From assembly GCA_050695395.1 (NCBI GenBank), contig JBOGSL010000155.1:1-43333 (forward strand): 43,333 bases of DNA, in the 5' to 3' direction. A model generated the notes under the pieces. That model was not told the DNA's origin, did no database searches, and saw nothing but the letters and a program-made list of their open reading frames with translations. Below, one piece after another: positions 40,799 to 43,333 of this stretch (positions are counted from its first letter, which is position 1; each line of letters starts with the position of its first letter). The translations under genes were made by a program, and so were the position numbers. The stretch is from Chloroflexota bacterium (GTDB lineage: Bacteria > Chloroflexota > UBA5177).

Positions 40799-42118
40799 AT
40801 GGGCGACCATCGGGCGAAGCTGCTCGATGCACTGGAAAAGCGAGAGGCTCGGGTGGCGATTGTGGGCCTCGGCTACGTCGGCCTCCCGCTGGCCGTAGCC
40901 TTCGCTGAGGCCGGTTTCCGGGTAACGGGCATCGATACGGATGCGGCGAAAGTGGAGGCGATTCGCAGAGGAGAGTCGTATGTCATGGACGTTCCGTCGC
41001 AGAGCCTGTCTGCATTGGTTGCGGACGGCACGCTCACCGCGACCGTCGATTTTTGCGCCCTCGGCTCGGCGGACGCCGTCTCGATCTGTGTCCCCACGCC
41101 GCTGCGCAAAACGGGCGATCCCGACATATCGTTCGTCGTCTCTGCGTCTGAACAGGTAGCGAAATATCTCCACCCGGGCATGGTGTTGGTACTGGAGTCC
41201 ACCACCTATCCGGGCACTACCCGCGAGGTGCTGCTTCCCTATCTCGAGGACAGTTCTAATCTGACCCTGGGAGAATCACTCTTCGTGGCGTTTTCGCCTG
41301 AGCGAGTGGACCCGAGCAGGACCGACTGGACCACACGCACGACGCCGAAGGTGATCGGCGGTCTCACGCCCGCCTGTCTCGAGGTCGCCTCTGCTTACTA
41401 CAGCGCCGCCATCGAGACCCTCGTCCCCGTCAGCTCACCCGAGGCGGCCGAGATGGTGAAGCTTCTCGAAAATACGTTCCGGGCCGTCAACATCGGACTT
41501 GCCAACGAGGTGTTGCTGATGTGCGAGACACTGGGCCTTGACGCCTGGGAGATCATCGATGCGGCCGGCACCAAGCCGTTCGGGTTCATGAAGTTCTCTC
41601 CCGGTCCGGGGCTGGGGGGCCACTGCATTCCAATCGATCCGATCTATCTCTCCTGGCGGCTCAAGGCGCTGAATTACCAGGCTCGCTTCATCGATCTTGC
41701 CACCGCCATCAATGGGGATATGCCGCGATACTGGGTTCGCAAGGTTCAGGACGCGTTAAACGATCGTTGTCGATCGCTGAGAGCAAGCAAAGTTCTTGTC
41801 CTCGGAGTGGCTTACAAGAGGGACGTGAGCGACGTGCGAGAATCTCCCGCGCTCGATATCATCAGGCTGCTGCAAGAGGCAGGCGCGGAGGTCGGCTACC
41901 ATGACCCCTATGTCGAGTCGCTAGAAGGCCACGGGGCGCAGCTAAACAGCGTGCCGGACCTTGCCGGCGCATTGGCCTCCGCCGACTGCGTTGTGGTGGT
42001 CACCGATCATTCCAGCTACGACTGGCGCTGGGTTGAAGCACAGGCACACCTGATCGTCGACACGCGACATGTTGTTGCTTCCGAGGTAGCTGCCGAGCTG
42101 GCGCCGCCGCTTTCGTAG
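40799..42118 (+). CDS. Nucleotide-sugar 6-dehydrogenase (UDP-GlcNAc/ManNAc dehydrogenase-like, WbpA/TviB/WecC group)
   Basis: VAIVGLGYVGLPLAVAFAEAGFRVTGID and GGHCIPIDPIYLSW (catalytic Cys motif of the N-acetylhexosamine dehydrogenase group). Start is ATG 40799 or GTG 40796. Confidence 0.85.
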   Translation: MGDHRAKLLDALEKREARVAIVGLGYVGLPLAVAFAEAGFRVTGIDTDAAKVEAIRRGESYVMDVPSQSLSALVADGTLTATVDFCALGSADAVSICVPTPLRKTGDPDISFVVSASEQVAKYLHPGMVLVLESTTYPGTTREVLLPYLEDSSNLTLGESLFVAFSPERVDPSRTDWTTRTTPKVIGGLTPACLEVASAYYSAAIETLVPVSSPEAAEMVKLLENTFRAVNIGLANEVLLMCETLGLDAWEIIDAAGTKPFGFMKFSPGPGLGGHCIPIDPIYLSWRLKALNYQARFIDLATAINGDMPRYWVRKVQDALNDRCRSLRASKVLVLGVAYKRDVSDVRESPALDIIRLLQEAGAEVGYHDPYVESLEGHGAQLNSVPDLAGALASADCVVVVTDHSSYDWRWVEAQAHLIVDTRHVVASEVAAELAPPLS

Positions 42119-42247
42119 TCCTACCACCGGGTTTGCAGTCAGCGTAAAGCTACGTCTTCGAGCTTGCAACTGCAGCTCGGGGTCCTGTCCTCCGGCGCGA
42201 GCGAAGCGAGGCGCGTCACGATATAGCCTTCGAACACCATCACCATG

Positions 42248-42775
42248 CTACCGAGGGAGGCGGTTCCATACGATCAAAGGACCTTCGTCGCTGCTCCGGC
42301 TGCCGGTACGCACGAAACCGGCCTTCTCGAGCACGCGAATCGAGGCGATGTTTTCGGCCAGGCACTCGGCCGCCACGCGACGGACCGCTCTTTGCCGTAA
42401 AGCCCACTCCGACAGAGCTCCCGCCATCTCGGTCGCGTAGCCGCGACGCTGGTATGCAGGGCTCACGTTATACCCAATCTCCACCACCCCGTCCTTGTCC
42501 GCCAGGCCCTTGAAACCCATCTGGCCCACCGCGGCGAGATCTGTCTTGTCGATTATCGTGCCGCTCCAGAGCTCTCGGTCGCTGTCCATTTCGTCGATCC
42601 AGTGGGGAAACAGGCCAAGTGAGTCGCCCGGCCACTCCGAGGGAAAGAGAATCATCTCCCGAGTGCCGCCAACGTTCACATAGTCCTCGAAATCCTCCTC
42701 GGATAGACGCCGAGACAGAATCTCGCGCGGCGTCTCCACCAACAAGAGTCTTCGAGACTCGACTAAGAATGTCAT
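42248..42775 (-). CDS. GNAT family N-acetyltransferase (RimJ/RimL-like)
   Basis: GYNVSPAYQRRGYATEMAGALSEWALRQRAVRRVAAECLAENIASIRVLEKAGFVRTG. Confidence 0.85.
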   Translation of the reverse strand: MTFLVESRRLLLVETPREILSRRLSEEDFEDYVNVGGTREMILFPSEWPGDSLGLFPHWIDEMDSDRELWSGTIIDKTDLAAVGQMGFKGLADKDGVVEIGYNVSPAYQRRGYATEMAGALSEWALRQRAVRRVAAECLAENIASIRVLEKAGFVRTGSRSSDEGPLIVWNRLPR

Positions 42776-42908
42776 CGGCGCATCCCGGGACCGCCCGCTG
42801 CCTTTTTCATCGAAGCGAGGTGTGAGGGTTCATCGCGGTCACGGCTCGGAGCACGACAAGCATCGCGAGCACAAGCGCGCGGCTACGCGATCCCGCGAGC
42901 CGGACCAT

Positions 42909-43187
42909 CTAGCGCTCCACCATCACTTCGCTGTACACGACGTTCTGCGCCGCCTGCCCCCGGAGAAACTCCCAGGTAATCTGGGCGAAGTCCTCGGCCG
43001 TCTGCAGATAGCCGGCGCATAGTTGATACGTCTCGATGAAGTGCAGGAATGTCGTGTAGCGGTAGTGGGCCTCCATCTCACCGAGAGAGGCAGCCGGCAG
43101 CTTTATGTTGTTCTTGTCCGCCAGGCCCAGCACCGTGGCAGGCTGCATTGTTCCTTCCAGATGGACGTGCAGCTCCACGTTGGCCAT
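42909..43187 (-). pseudogene. add: 5' remnant (92 codons) of an adenosine deaminase-family gene
   Basis: MANVELHVHLEGTMQPATVLGLADKNNIKLP...FLHFIETY...LQTAEDF...VVYSEV matches the adenosine deaminase N-terminus. It stops at a TAG after residue 92. Only 133 bp remain before the next gene, whereas full-length enzymes are several-fold longer. Confidence 0.6.
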
Positions 43188-43333
43188 TTCGCGGACTGTT
43201 CGCTCGACGTCTATTGGCGCCGCTCCTTCTTCACTGTTTCTCGAGGATATAGGCAGGAGGCGAAGTCAAGGCACTGCTTCCCCCGCCTTACCTTCTTATA
43301 CCCCTGACATCTTCCATCTCAATACTGCATAAT

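Noticed and set aside
42807-42908. 33-codon ORF immediately after the truncated add TAG
   Set aside because: It is very short, has no SD site and is not recognisable. It is probably junction sequence rather than a gene. It is mentioned only as context for the add remnant.
1-43333. Mobile elements, prophage or defence genes, tRNA/rRNA genes
   Set aside because: I looked for transposase, integrase or recombinase motifs, terminal inverted repeats, cloverleaf-like tRNA sequences and nuclease/ATPase defence modules. None was recognised by eye. A proper scan (tRNAscan, ISfinder, defence-system HMMs) would be needed to exclude them.

Overview
GC-rich bacterial chromosomal segment. Several families point to a Gram-positive-type lineage (Actinomycetota or Chloroflexota-like): chaplin-like repeats, DUF4232, DinB/DUF664 and strong GGAGG-type Shine-Dalgarno (SD) sites. 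No rRNA, tRNA, CRISPR array, transposase or integrase was recognised.

Layout:
- 1-4.0 kb: two co-oriented secreted surface proteins. One is an 11-fold tandem chaplin-like two-cysteine repeat protein. The other is a Thr/Ser/Ala-rich protein. Both end in a hydrophobic helix plus an Arg cluster.
- 4.1-12 kb: housekeeping block with cvpA, a DUF4232 lipoprotein, an NCS1 nucleobase permease, an amidohydrolase, ppa and recJ.
- 12-13.3 kb: poorly assignable region with two small acidic ORFs and mutually exclusive GC helices.
- 13.3-15.6 kb: PAS-GGDEF-EAL c-di-GMP protein.
- 15.7-42.1 kb: large Wzx/Wzy-dependent polysaccharide locus. It holds a bacterial tyrosine (BY) kinase, a Wzy-like polymerase, Wzx, four GT4 transferases, two NodB deacetylases, an FkbM methyltransferase, a 4-epimerase and a UDP-sugar 6-dehydrogenase.

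The most unusual content sits inside this locus. A tightly coupled operon runs comA-comB (sulfolactate synthesis), an ATP-grasp ligase, a TylF-like methyltransferase and a SAM methyltransferase. It lies next to a divergent LarA (2-hydroxyacid racemase) homologue. I read this as a candidate, apparently undescribed, sulfolactate-decorating polysaccharide pathway.

Other notable points:
- The BY-kinase carries a C-terminal extension resembling DnaA domain I.
- Three genes have conserved N-terminal coding sequence not preceded by ATG, GTG or TTG (candidate CTG, ATC and ATA/ATT starts).
- A 47-bp tandem duplication sits at a convergent gene junction.
- A truncated adenosine deaminase remnant lies at the right edge.

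All family assignments are by eye from motifs. No database search was run.
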